A stretch of DNA of 64,000 nt. It comes from Candidatus Poribacteria bacterium (lineage in GTDB: Bacteria; Poribacteria; WGA-4E; WGA-3G). The stretch's first letter is position 1; each line of letters begins with the position of its first letter. A program made the translations under genes and the position numbers. The DNA is taken from positions 4,032,001-4,096,000 of the forward strand of contig OZ243938.1 of NCBI GenBank assembly GCA_965214095.1, read 5' to 3'. The notes beneath the pieces are model-generated. The model made no database searches, was not told the origin of the DNA, and worked only from the letters and a program-made list of their open reading frames with translations. Below are positions 41,864-50,733 of this stretch, in pieces.

Positions 41864-43097
41864 TAATAAAAAACAGTTAAGAAATACCATCACGGTATTT
41901 ATCTGTCTCATGTCTGTTGCTTATGTCCAATTTGCTGTTGCTGAGTTCAGTTACGGTGGCTATTACAAAAACTTCTTTACCGCATTCAAGACACCACTTC
42001 CTGACCGTCCGCTGATGGGTGCTGCGGTTAATAGATTACGTCTAAACTTATCTTACAATCCTACTGACATAGTTTCCTTTGTTTTTGCTTATGATACTGC
42101 GCCGCGTGTTCAAGATCCTTCGCTTTTTTCTGAGTCCCCATTTGCAGTCGGTATCGCTTCTTCAAACTACCGCGCAATAGATTTTGAATCCTTGCTATAT
42201 CCAGATGCTGATAGTTCAATCGGTAGTGTAGGTATCTATCACAATCTTGATCGTGCATCAGTACAGATTAGTACCGATTTTGCCGACATATCCATCGGTA
42301 GAGATGCTGTTGCATGGGGGAGTGCGCGAGTAGTTAACCCAACTGATGTTGTTGCACCTTATACTCACGATCAATTGGACACAGAAGACCGAGTAGGTGT
42401 TGACGCACTACGTATTCGTATTCCAATCGGTATGTTGGGAGAAATAGATACAGGATACATCTTTGGAACAGATTTTGACTTTGACAAAAGTGTAATCTTT
42501 CTTAGAACACAGATGAACGCTGCCGAAACCGATTTCTCAATGCTATTAATGGAGCTTCAGAGAGATTTGCTGATTGGACTTGATGTCACCCGCGGTATAT
42601 TAGGTGCTGGATTCTGGTTGGAAACTGCTTATGTGATAACAAAAGCTTTTGTTGAGAAAGCAGATTCAGCGAATAACTATCTGCGAACTTCAGTGGGTTT
42701 AGATTATAGTTTCAATGGTGAAACATACACATTCATTGAGTATCACTACAACGGAGCAGGGATAGATAATCCTGATAACTATCTCACTAACATTGAGCAA
42801 TCTGCTTATACACGTGGGGGTGTTTATCTTTTAGGTGTTCACTATCTTGCTCCTGGGATTAACCATCAACTAACCCCACTGATTAGTCTCGGAGGACAAT
42901 TATTGATAAACCTAACAGACCCCTCCATCTGGCTTGCACCAAATGTAGCGTATAACATCGCAGAAGACATCCATCTCTCTGTAGGTGGATTGATAAGTTT
43001 TGGAAGAACACCGACAAACGAAGATTCAACCCAGTTCAAATCCGAATTTGGTAGCTACCCAAATCTTTTTTTTACATCAATTAGCGTCTATTATTGA
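41850..43097 (+). CDS. Hypothetical outer-membrane beta-barrel protein
   Basis: Signal peptide ending AVA; GR..V.WG....NPTD motif; C-terminal aromatic YY. Confidence 0.72.
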   Translation: MRQNSNKKQLRNTITVFICLMSVAYVQFAVAEFSYGGYYKNFFTAFKTPLPDRPLMGAAVNRLRLNLSYNPTDIVSFVFAYDTAPRVQDPSLFSESPFAVGIASSNYRAIDFESLLYPDADSSIGSVGIYHNLDRASVQISTDFADISIGRDAVAWGSARVVNPTDVVAPYTHDQLDTEDRVGVDALRIRIPIGMLGEIDTGYIFGTDFDFDKSVIFLRTQMNAAETDFSMLLMELQRDLLIGLDVTRGILGAGFWLETAYVITKAFVEKADSANNYLRTSVGLDYSFNGETYTFIEYHYNGAGIDNPDNYLTNIEQSAYTRGGVYLLGVHYLAPGINHQLTPLISLGGQLLINLTDPSIWLAPNVAYNIAEDIHLSVGGLISFGRTPTNEDSTQFKSEFGSYPNLFFTSISVYY

Positions 43098-43150
43098 TCC
43101 ACGTCTTTCACATAAACCATTGTAGGGTGGTGTCTCTGTGCCCGCACTAT

Positions 43151-43296
43151 TAGGCATTTTCCCCAGGCCGGTAGGTTCGGTTTCCTAACCGAACCGGATC
43201 TTCCGCTAGAACCCTCTGACATAGCGTTTGGCGCAAAGCCGGTTCGGTTAGGAAACCGAACCTACCACCTCTGGAAGGACACTAAATTGATGCCTA
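43151..43296. mobile_element. REPIN-like element with short TIRs (TAGGCAT...ATGCCTA)
   Basis: Inverted pair GGTAGGTTCGGTTTCCTAACCGAACCGG (43170-43197) / CCGGTTCGGTTAGGAAACCGAACCTACC (43239-43266). Confidence 0.8.
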
Positions 43297-43441
43297 TGGG
43301 CAAACAATTACACACTCCACACAAGGCAATTCATTAGCAATCATTCACTGTATATGGTAATATACTGAGCGAAGTACATCTAAGAAATTAACAACACTAT
43401 ATACTTGAATGTAGAGGATTTAGAAATCAGCGAGAGAACTT

Positions 43442-44155
43442 ATGGACAATTGTTGCCACGAAAAAGCAGACGAACTTGAAGAACTCCGAGAGAAACAATC
43501 CAAAACCTTGTGGATTGTCCTTGCCATCAACGGTGTCATGTTCTGTGTAGAAATGGTTGTAGGTATACTGGCAGGTTCAGTTGCTCTGCAGGCTGATTCT
43601 CTTGATATGATGAGCGATACTTTGGTCTACGGATTCAGTCTATACGCAATTGGAAAAAGTTACCGTTGGCGTGCTGGGTCTGCCTTGCTCAAGGGTAGTA
43701 TTATGGCAATCTTTGGTGTAGGCGTGTTGATCCAAAGCTGCTATAAATTTCTCGCGGGTGGAATTCCTGAGTCTAACTTCATGTTTGCCATGAGTTTAAT
43801 CGCTCTGGCTGCAAATTTGAGTTGTCTGATATTATTGTCAAGGCACAAGTCAGATGATATAAATATGCGTTCAACTTGGATATGCTCGCGAAACGACATC
43901 ATTGCTAACTCAAGTGTATTTGTCGCTGCTGCTCTCGTTGCAATCACAAACTCAATGTTGCCAGATGTGATTGTAGGTCTATTAATTACAGGTATCTTTA
44001 TTAAGTCTGCTGTCTCAGTTTTAAGAGATTCGGTGAGAGAATTGCGTGAACCGGATACCCTCCCGACACAAGTATCTGTTGTTAAGTTTGAACCTGTAGA
44101 AGAACTGTGTAGTGCGGGAATATGTCCAGTAAACGCATGCCAGTGTCAGGCTTGA
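43442..44155 (+). CDS. Cation diffusion facilitator (CzcD-like) metal transporter
   Basis: SVALQADSLDM..D, DDINMRSTWICSRNDII..; Cys-rich termini (CCH; CSAGICPVNACQC). Confidence 0.88.
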   Translation: MDNCCHEKADELEELREKQSKTLWIVLAINGVMFCVEMVVGILAGSVALQADSLDMMSDTLVYGFSLYAIGKSYRWRAGSALLKGSIMAIFGVGVLIQSCYKFLAGGIPESNFMFAMSLIALAANLSCLILLSRHKSDDINMRSTWICSRNDIIANSSVFVAAALVAITNSMLPDVIVGLLITGIFIKSAVSVLRDSVRELREPDTLPTQVSVVKFEPVEELCSAGICPVNACQCQA

Positions 44156-44158
44156 AAA

Positions 44159-45370
44159 CTATTCTGATACCAGACCTAAATCAGATGAAATTGCCTTATC
44201 CCAATCTGCTGTAAATTCCCACCAATTTGACATAACCCTATTCTCATACTTGATACCGTTGTTATGTCCAGGCATATTCTGCATCCAGTATATATACCAC
44301 TTAGACTCTATCAGTTGTTGTATCTTATCACGGTCTTTATCGGGAAATGCATACTTCAGTTTGCCATAAGTATCTACATTGACAAGTGTTTTCTTTCCGC
44401 TATTGTCTGGTGTCCAATCTTCAATATCACTTTCAACTAAGGTCATCGTTTCAGTATAGTCATAATGTTTGGTCGTATTCGGTGGCATGTGCGTCCATCC
44501 AGCACGACCAGTAATGAAGTTACCTTCTTTGTCTTGGCCAACAAATCTCTTCCAAAACAGGTCTGTATTACCAAATTGCAGTTGATTGACATGGCTCAAT
44601 ATCGCTTCCAATTGATGTCCATGATTGTGTACCGCTTCTGCATGACTTCTTCTGAAGTTTTGTCCATAAACTGTATATGTTGACTTATAGATGGGTAGAT
44701 CTGTGTTATCTCGATTACTATTGGAAATATCTCCTGTCAATGGACTTGACATGTTGGATTCCCACCAGTTTCTAAAATCCTCTGGTTTATGGATATTCGG
44801 GTCATAGCACGGAAAATCAGAGGTCACACCACCCATCCACATCCATATTTCCTTGACACCTAAATCGTTCACATAATGCTCAATGTTGAAACGTTCAAAT
44901 ATCTTATGGTAATCCGGGGAATACAGCGGCGTGCCATCGGCTAAATGCTGACTGACAGGACCCTTTGGAGTCTGCTCATAAACGGTTATATATTCCACAA
45001 CACGATAACCAATAGAAGGTACTGCTGTTGAGTTTTTATATCCTCTAAATCTGGTGCCTTCTTCAAGCATAAACTTAACCCGTTTATCAAATTGATCTAT
45101 CCTTGTTTTGAGTTCATCAAGGCTTATTTCACCTAAATCCCAAAAGTCCGGTGCTTTTGAAATATCCAGATTGATACCATCAGTAGTAGGCAGAAACCTC
45201 ATAATTACAACAGGTATTTCATTGAGATGTCCTGCTGCAGGAGTCGCTAAATATGGATCAATTTTCTCATAAACTGGCGATATTTCTTCTGCAAATACTT
45301 GTCTGGATTGCGTTAACATAACGATGAACACAACTCCTAATATAAGTGTTTTGATTTTATATATTGTCAT
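44159..45370 (-). CDS. Secreted hypothetical protein with possible zinc-binding motif
   Basis: Signal peptide ending VFA; HNHGHQLE motif. Confidence 0.7.
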   Translation of the reverse strand: MTIYKIKTLILGVVFIVMLTQSRQVFAEEISPVYEKIDPYLATPAAGHLNEIPVVIMRFLPTTDGINLDISKAPDFWDLGEISLDELKTRIDQFDKRVKFMLEEGTRFRGYKNSTAVPSIGYRVVEYITVYEQTPKGPVSQHLADGTPLYSPDYHKIFERFNIEHYVNDLGVKEIWMWMGGVTSDFPCYDPNIHKPEDFRNWWESNMSSPLTGDISNSNRDNTDLPIYKSTYTVYGQNFRRSHAEAVHNHGHQLEAILSHVNQLQFGNTDLFWKRFVGQDKEGNFITGRAGWTHMPPNTTKHYDYTETMTLVESDIEDWTPDNSGKKTLVNVDTYGKLKYAFPDKDRDKIQQLIESKWYIYWMQNMPGHNNGIKYENRVMSNWWEFTADWDKAISSDLGLVSE

Positions 45371-45493
45371 AAAACATAAAAAGAAACCCCATGGCTGTGA
45401 GGCACATGAGGGTATTAAATTGTGTGTTTTACCACTTGGCATTGAGATAAATGGAGTTACATAATGACTCCGCTCAACACATTCAAATCTGAT

Positions 45494-45850
45494 TTATTCC
45501 TCAGCTGAAGCAATAACAGAAGCAGTAAAACGCGGCTTTCCATCCATTTCTTCTATTGCAGCAACAGCATCTGTTAATGCAGTAGTATCCACTTTACCTT
45601 TCTCAACCTTCACAACGGCTTTTTCATCAGCTTGTGAAACAGTCACGACTTCTGTGACACCTGCAACATCCTTAAGTGCAGACTGCACTTTGGAAACACA
45701 AGAGCCTCAAGCCAGACCTGTTACGGCTAAGCTGATTTCTTCAACAACAATGTCTGCAGTTTGATTTTCTGCTGTGTCTTCTTTCTGCTGATTTGCACAA
45801 CCAAAGGCAACAAGCATCAAAACCACGATAAAAAACGATTTCTTCAACAT
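45494..45850 (-). CDS. Selenocysteine-containing HMA (MerP/CopZ-like) lipoprotein, 118 aa, Sec48
   Basis: ATG 45850 MLKKSFFIVVLMLVAFGC..., then AVTGLA-TGA(45707-45709)-GSCVSKVQSALKDVAGV in frame; UGA occupies the first Cys of the GxxCxxC motif. Confidence 0.85.
45674..45690 (-). promoter_or_regulatory. Candidate bacterial SECIS hairpin
   Basis: AAGTGCA-GTC-TGCACTT starting 16 nt after UGA. Confidence 0.75.
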
Positions 45851-46013
45851 TTCTTATATGTCCTCATAATAAGATAGATTATAAACACAATTAAGGATAC
45901 TTATTAGGTTTATAATCTATCTCAATCAATTTGCCTCAATCATCTTATGACAATCAAGCAATATATGTAAAAAGTATCAGATGAAGGACGGTTTAACTCG
46001 TCCTACAAGACTA

Positions 46014-46400
46014 TTAATTGGCAATAGATGCGGTAAAGCGAGCATCGGCATCATCAATTGCTTTGATGATGGTATCGTTTGTAACTTTGCCCTTTTCCAC
46101 CTTAACGACGACCAATTTTGTTTCTCTGGAAACACTGATGATCTCTTCTACACCCGTGACCTTCTTTAGTGCAGACTGCACTATGGCGGGACACGAACCT
46201 CATGTCATGCCCTCCACCTGAAAAGTCACTTCCTGATACATAGGTTTTTCTGCTGTTTTTTCCGTGGTTTTTTCCATCGGTGTTTCACCAGCGGCCATTT
46301 CGGTCTCTTCAGCCATTTCTGCTTCTTGACCCATCATAGCACAACCTGTCAGGAGTGCAAAGGTAACGAGAGTAATCAGCGCAAATTTCGCGATATACAT
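46014..46400 (-). CDS. Selenocysteine-containing HMA (MerP/CopZ-like) lipoprotein, 128 aa, Sec67
   Basis: AGGAGG RBS, LLTGC lipobox, FQVEGMT-TGA(46200-46202)-GSCPAIVQSALKKVTGV...RFTASIAN-TAA in frame. Confidence 0.88.
46167..46183 (-). promoter_or_regulatory. Candidate bacterial SECIS hairpin
   Basis: TAGTGCA-GTC-TGCACTA starting 16 nt after UGA. Confidence 0.75.
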
Positions 46401-46521
46401 CGTTATACCTCCTTTGTTATTTACATAACTATGTTATCATATTGAAATATATATTGTCAAGTTAATTATTTGGAATATAGGGTGTTTCTGGTGAAGTATA
46501 AGAATAATTGGACACACCACC

Positions 46522-46640
46522 GTAGGAGCGATCTCAGAATCGCGACATAACACAGTGATAATCGGGAATCGGAGTTCCCTCCTACACATCCAAAATCTAA
46601 AAGAAAATAAACCGTTCGTAGTCGCGCAATTCATTGCGAC
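46522..46640. repeat. Cluster of three GTAG-type REP palindromes
   Basis: GTAGGAGCGATCTCAGAATCGCGAC (46522), minus-strand GTAGGAGGGAACTCCGATTCCC (46564-46585), GTAGTCGCGCAATTCATTGCGAC (46618). Confidence 0.75.
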
Positions 46641-46642
46641 TT

Positions 46643-47437
46643 TTACATTATCTGACTTAATGAGAGCAGTGAATTTTCAACTCTTTTTCTGTTGGAATGT
46701 TCTCTATGAGCATCAAGGAAGGGAAAGATTTTCTGAAGACGTAAAAGCTGCTTTTGAACAGCTGCAGCTCTTTCAAATTGCAGTAATGCCGAAGCCGAAT
46801 TTCGTTTAGCAACCAAATTCTCTTGAACTCTTAGATAGTTGCCATCAAGCAAATGGATGATATTCATTATCGTTTCACTATAGAGTTCTTGAGTGATGCG
46901 TGCAGCACAAGGCGCATAACATCGCTTCATATCATATTGTAGACAGGCACGGTATCCTTCTTGCGGTGTGATGCTACCTTGACAAGTGCGCACCATAAAG
47001 ATACGTTGCAACACATCAATTGCCTCATCCGTCCATCTTCGACTGGAAAGTGGCCCGAAGTATCTCGCTTCATCATTATAAATCTCAGGGACTCTCTCAA
47101 GAAGTGGAAAATCATCTGCAACATTGATGCGAATATACCAAGTCTGCGTGCCATACTTCAACGCAGAATTATAGGTGGGTTGGTGTTCTTTAATAAGACG
47201 CGATTCAAGAAACAGTGCTTCCTGTTCCGATTGACACACATGATAATCTACAGACGCTGTCCATCTGATTAATCGTTTGATCTTGGAACGACGTTTCTTA
47301 ACTTTATGCACATAAGAACGGACACGTTTACGTAGACATTTTGCTTTACCTATGTACAAGATCTTACCTGATGCACCATAGAAAAAGTAGACACCTGGAT
47401 CCATTGGGATGTCTTGGACCATATCTTTCGTTAGCAT
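46643..47437 (-). CDS. GIY-YIG nuclease, UvrC N-terminal/Cho-like
   Basis: PGVYFF...LYIGKAKCLRKRVRSY, EALFLE, P.YN, YFGP, Cys cluster and UVR helix. Confidence 0.88.
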   Translation of the reverse strand: MLTKDMVQDIPMDPGVYFFYGASGKILYIGKAKCLRKRVRSYVHKVKKRRSKIKRLIRWTASVDYHVCQSEQEALFLESRLIKEHQPTYNSALKYGTQTWYIRINVADDFPLLERVPEIYNDEARYFGPLSSRRWTDEAIDVLQRIFMVRTCQGSITPQEGYRACLQYDMKRCYAPCAARITQELYSETIMNIIHLLDGNYLRVQENLVAKRNSASALLQFERAAAVQKQLLRLQKIFPFLDAHREHSNRKRVENSLLSLSQIM

Positions 47438-47765
47438 ATTTGTGTTTTCTGTGTAATCAGTGGGGTTTCCTGAAAATGACGATATTATTCTGTTTGACTC
47501 GGACTAAAAAAACTGCTAATTTGTTGTAACGAAATATTGCAAAATTGAGAAGATGAAATGTCAATAAACAAGCATTATTACTTTTTCGCGCTTAATGCAC
47601 TACAACCCCTTTTACAGTATAGTTTCTCCGCTATCAACAACGCTTTTAAAATGACTACGTATATTTTATAGGTTTGGTTACAAAATAGTTGAGTTTTTTA
47701 CTGCTTTTTTCGAATCTTAATGAAAATTGAACTAAATGACTTCATTTTGCTGAAGGAATGTTTTT

Positions 47766-48623
47766 ATGAAACAATGGGAACCGACCACAAAGGAAAAAGA
47801 AAAATACGAAAATGATGGATATTTCATCCTTCGTAATGTCATTTCGCAAGACATTACTGCCGAACTACGCGGTGTAATCCGAAATGTCATCATGCTTCCT
47901 GAACCCGGACAGTTTGTTGACATTGACCCTATGGATCCGATGGTTGATTCTCCGCAAGGAAGAATTGCGCGATACCGAAAACTTGCTAATTTCTGTGTTC
48001 AATCCCCACTGATTTGGCTCAATATCTATGCAGGAGAAAAACTGCTCAACATAGCACGGCATTTTCTTGGGGACGACATCATAATGAAATATAACAGTTG
48101 TTTCCTAAAACCTGCACGGACTGGCAGTGTAACACCTTGGCATCAAGACAATGGACTATGGCGTGATGGGGAAACAGAACCCTTTAATTTTTGGATACCA
48201 CTTGAACCTGCAACTAGGGAAAATGGATGCATGCAATTTATACCCGGTAGCCACAAAACTGAGATAATTGAACACGTCCGATATCCTGATAGTATACACG
48301 GTGAACTCCCCCGTGAAGATGTGAAGAAGATGCTGGAAAAACATAGTGTGCATCATATTGAATTGGATGCTGGGGATGTCGTCTTTTGGCACAGTAGTAT
48401 GTGGCACTATAGTCCACCAAATAAGAGTAACAAAAGCCGCATTGCAGTTGCAGGTGTATGGACAAATCCTCAAATTATTGAAAACAGTAGACATTACTGG
48501 CAGAACTTACGTTGGGTGATGAAAAAAGGTAAAGTTTGCACACAATTTCCACCTGAAACTGTTAAGCTTGAGAACGGAAATACGGATCCTACAGAACCAT
48601 TTCGAATTGCTAAGGAATATTAG
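47766..48623 (+). CDS. Phytanoyl-CoA dioxygenase (PhyH) family enzyme
   Basis: DGYFILRNV, TPWHQD, ENGCMQFIPGSHK, WHYSPPN..R. Confidence 0.92.
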   Translation: MKQWEPTTKEKEKYENDGYFILRNVISQDITAELRGVIRNVIMLPEPGQFVDIDPMDPMVDSPQGRIARYRKLANFCVQSPLIWLNIYAGEKLLNIARHFLGDDIIMKYNSCFLKPARTGSVTPWHQDNGLWRDGETEPFNFWIPLEPATRENGCMQFIPGSHKTEIIEHVRYPDSIHGELPREDVKKMLEKHSVHHIELDAGDVVFWHSSMWHYSPPNKSNKSRIAVAGVWTNPQIIENSRHYWQNLRWVMKKGKVCTQFPPETVKLENGNTDPTEPFRIAKEY

Positions 48624-49943
48624 ATGCAAAAACCCAACATCGTTATATACCTATCCGATGATCATGGGTGGGAATACCTCGGTTGCTACGGAAACACGGA
48701 TATCCAAACACCAAATTTAGACCGCATTGCTGATGAAGGGTTGCGTTTTACACATGCTTTTACACCTACACCGACCTGTGCTCCTTCTCGTTCAACGTTA
48801 TACACAGGTCTTTATCCTGCACGACACGGGGCAATGGGAAATCACACAGAATGTCATTCACATCTTGCTACCTTACCGAAACTGCTTAGGGAACTTGATT
48901 ACCGTGTAGCCATCGCTGGAAAAACGCATGTAAAACCAACAGAACTTTTTGACTTTGAATATATCGGCGGATTTCTCCCCAAGCGTGCAGAACATCGTAG
49001 AAAATATCGCGCTGAAGGACTTGATACCGCTCCAGTTGAAGACTTCCTATCATCACATCGTAAGGAATATCCAAATCAACCGATCTGCCTTATTCTGGGT
49101 GATAGCAATCCACATGTAACTTGGGAACCGAACAAAACATACAATCCAGACGCATTGAGTCTATCCCCTTACATCGCTGATACGCCAATCACCCGAAAGG
49201 CACTTGCAAATTACTATCAAGACATAACCACTATGGACACACGTATCGGTGATGTTGACAAAATGTTGGAAAAACATGGATATACAGACAACACACTGTT
49301 CATTTATACAACCGATCACGGTTCTGAGTTTCCGCATTGTAAGTGGACGTTGTATGATACCGGTATCCGTCTACCGTTCATTGCGAGATGGCACAGTGAA
49401 ATACCTACAGCAACCGTTACAGATGCGATGATTTCACATATTGACTTCTTACCAACACTGATAGACATCGCTGGTGGCGAACCATCAAAGAAAATGGATG
49501 GTAGAAGCTACAGAAATGTTTTATGTGGACAGCAAAAGATATTCCGTGATAAAATATACGGAACGCACACACGCGATGGAAACATGAATGTCTTTCCGCA
49601 AAGGTGTGTCCGTGATAGTCAATACAAATATATACTGAATCTAAATCCTGAAAACAGATGGACAACGCATTTTACTGAAGTGGAAAGGATTCCTGAAAGT
49701 CATGCTGAAGTTTGGAACAGTTGGGTAGAAAAGGCAAAGAGTGATGCAAAAACTGCTGAACTTGTTTTTCTAACACAACATCACCCAGTTGAGGAACTGT
49801 ATGATGTCAATGCAGATCCTTACGAATTCAATAATATAGCATTTGAGGAAACATCACATCCGATTCTTGAAGAAATGCGTACTGATGTTCAAGAATGGAT
49901 GCAATCACAAGGAGATGAAGGAAAACCTGAAAATGAACAATAA
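48624..49943 (+). CDS. Sulfatase (Cys-type, N-sulfoglucosamine sulfohydrolase-like)
   Basis: PNIVIYLSDD, CAPSRSTLYTG, GKTH, TTDHG, EELYD...DP.E. Confidence 0.93.
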   Translation: MQKPNIVIYLSDDHGWEYLGCYGNTDIQTPNLDRIADEGLRFTHAFTPTPTCAPSRSTLYTGLYPARHGAMGNHTECHSHLATLPKLLRELDYRVAIAGKTHVKPTELFDFEYIGGFLPKRAEHRRKYRAEGLDTAPVEDFLSSHRKEYPNQPICLILGDSNPHVTWEPNKTYNPDALSLSPYIADTPITRKALANYYQDITTMDTRIGDVDKMLEKHGYTDNTLFIYTTDHGSEFPHCKWTLYDTGIRLPFIARWHSEIPTATVTDAMISHIDFLPTLIDIAGGEPSKKMDGRSYRNVLCGQQKIFRDKIYGTHTRDGNMNVFPQRCVRDSQYKYILNLNPENRWTTHFTEVERIPESHAEVWNSWVEKAKSDAKTAELVFLTQHHPVEELYDVNADPYEFNNIAFEETSHPILEEMRTDVQEWMQSQGDEGKPENEQ

Positions 49944-50526
49944 ATATATCAATAAAGTCATCTATAGTGTCATTTTAGTCATAACATTTGCATTTATGGC
50001 TTGTCTGGATTCAGATGACCTCAATGATATTCTAACACTTGAACCAGAAACACTACCTCCTAGTGAAGGGTTAGCAATAGGCTCAACTGCCCCTGATTTT
50101 TCACTACCAGATGCAGATGGGAATGTCCATGAACTATCTGATTATGCAGGACAGAAAGTTACTCTTGTCTTTTTTGCTACTGAAAGTTGACCGGAATGTA
50201 GAAAACAACTCGTTGAGTTGCAAAGTGGATATCAAAATATAAAAGCGGCTGGTGCAGCAGAACTAATTGTCATGAGTAGTGATAACACAAATGGAATTCG
50301 TGAATTACGTCAAGATGAAGGAATTGATTATCTGCTTCTTTCTGATGGTGATGTTGACACCATTGCTGCCTACAACGTACGAGCACAAAGCGGTAATCCT
50401 TTCTTGGCACGTCCAGCAACCTTCATTGTCAATGAAAACGGTAGAATTGCATGGGTAGACCTTGGCGATAGATATGGTCATCGCACAAATTCAGAACAGA
50501 TTATTGATGCCTTGAACGATTTGTAG
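49933..50526 (+). CDS. Selenocysteine-containing AhpC/TSA peroxiredoxin-like lipoprotein, 197 aa, Sec86
   Basis: FMAC lipobox; IGSTAPDFSLPD..LSDYAGQKVTLVFFATES-TGA(50188-50190)-PECRKQLVELQ..LLSD..ARPATFIV in one frame (UxxC). Confidence 0.85.
50206..50220 (+). promoter_or_regulatory. Candidate bacterial SECIS hairpin
   Basis: CAACTC-GTT-GAGTTG starting 15 nt after UGA. Confidence 0.65.
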
Positions 50527-50547
50527 AAATGCGTCATCGTATCCGAT

Positions 50548-50684
50548 TATAGTAAAACCATAATTATTTACACACTACGGTAGGTTCGGTTTCCTAACCG
50601 AACCGATGTTTGTTCGGTCTCATAGATGCGGTTAGGAAACCGCATCTACCAGAGAGTGTGCACACATTTTTACATTTCACTATA
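50548..50684. mobile_element. 137-bp MITE/REPIN-like element, inverted near-copy of 22488-22625
   Basis: Reverse complement aligns end to end with the 22488 element. Confidence 0.85.
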
Positions 50685-50688
50685 AAAT

Positions 50689-50717
50689 AAAAAGGGCAAA
50701 AAAATCTCTGCCCTTTT
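50689..50717. terminator. Intrinsic terminator
   Basis: AAAAGGGCA...TGCCCTTTT. Confidence 0.65.
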
Positions 50718-50733
50718 ACCTAACCATACCTAC

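Noticed and set aside
44153-44167. Possible Sec read-through at the TGA after the Cys-rich CDF tail
   Set aside because: Another TGA follows three codons later, there is no SECIS-like hairpin, and the convergent gene ends right there.
46437-46634. Small ORFs over the REP cluster (also 22387..22578 and 35365..35583)
   Set aside because: These are translations of palindromic repeats (e.g. RCGFLT, VVAQFIA) and are not credible proteins.
46643-47437. GIY-YIG protein as a homing endonuclease or mobiliser of the adjacent REPs
   Set aside because: It has the UvrC/Cho-type Cys cluster and UVR helix, consistent with excision repair; REP mobilisers are HUH enzymes.
45494-50526. Genome-wide UGA reassignment (Trp/Gly) as the explanation for the read-through
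   Set aside because: Many intact genes end at TGA (e.g. 8349, 17540, 43097, 63184) and Trp is encoded by TGG. In-frame TGAs occur only at Cys-motif positions followed by hairpins.
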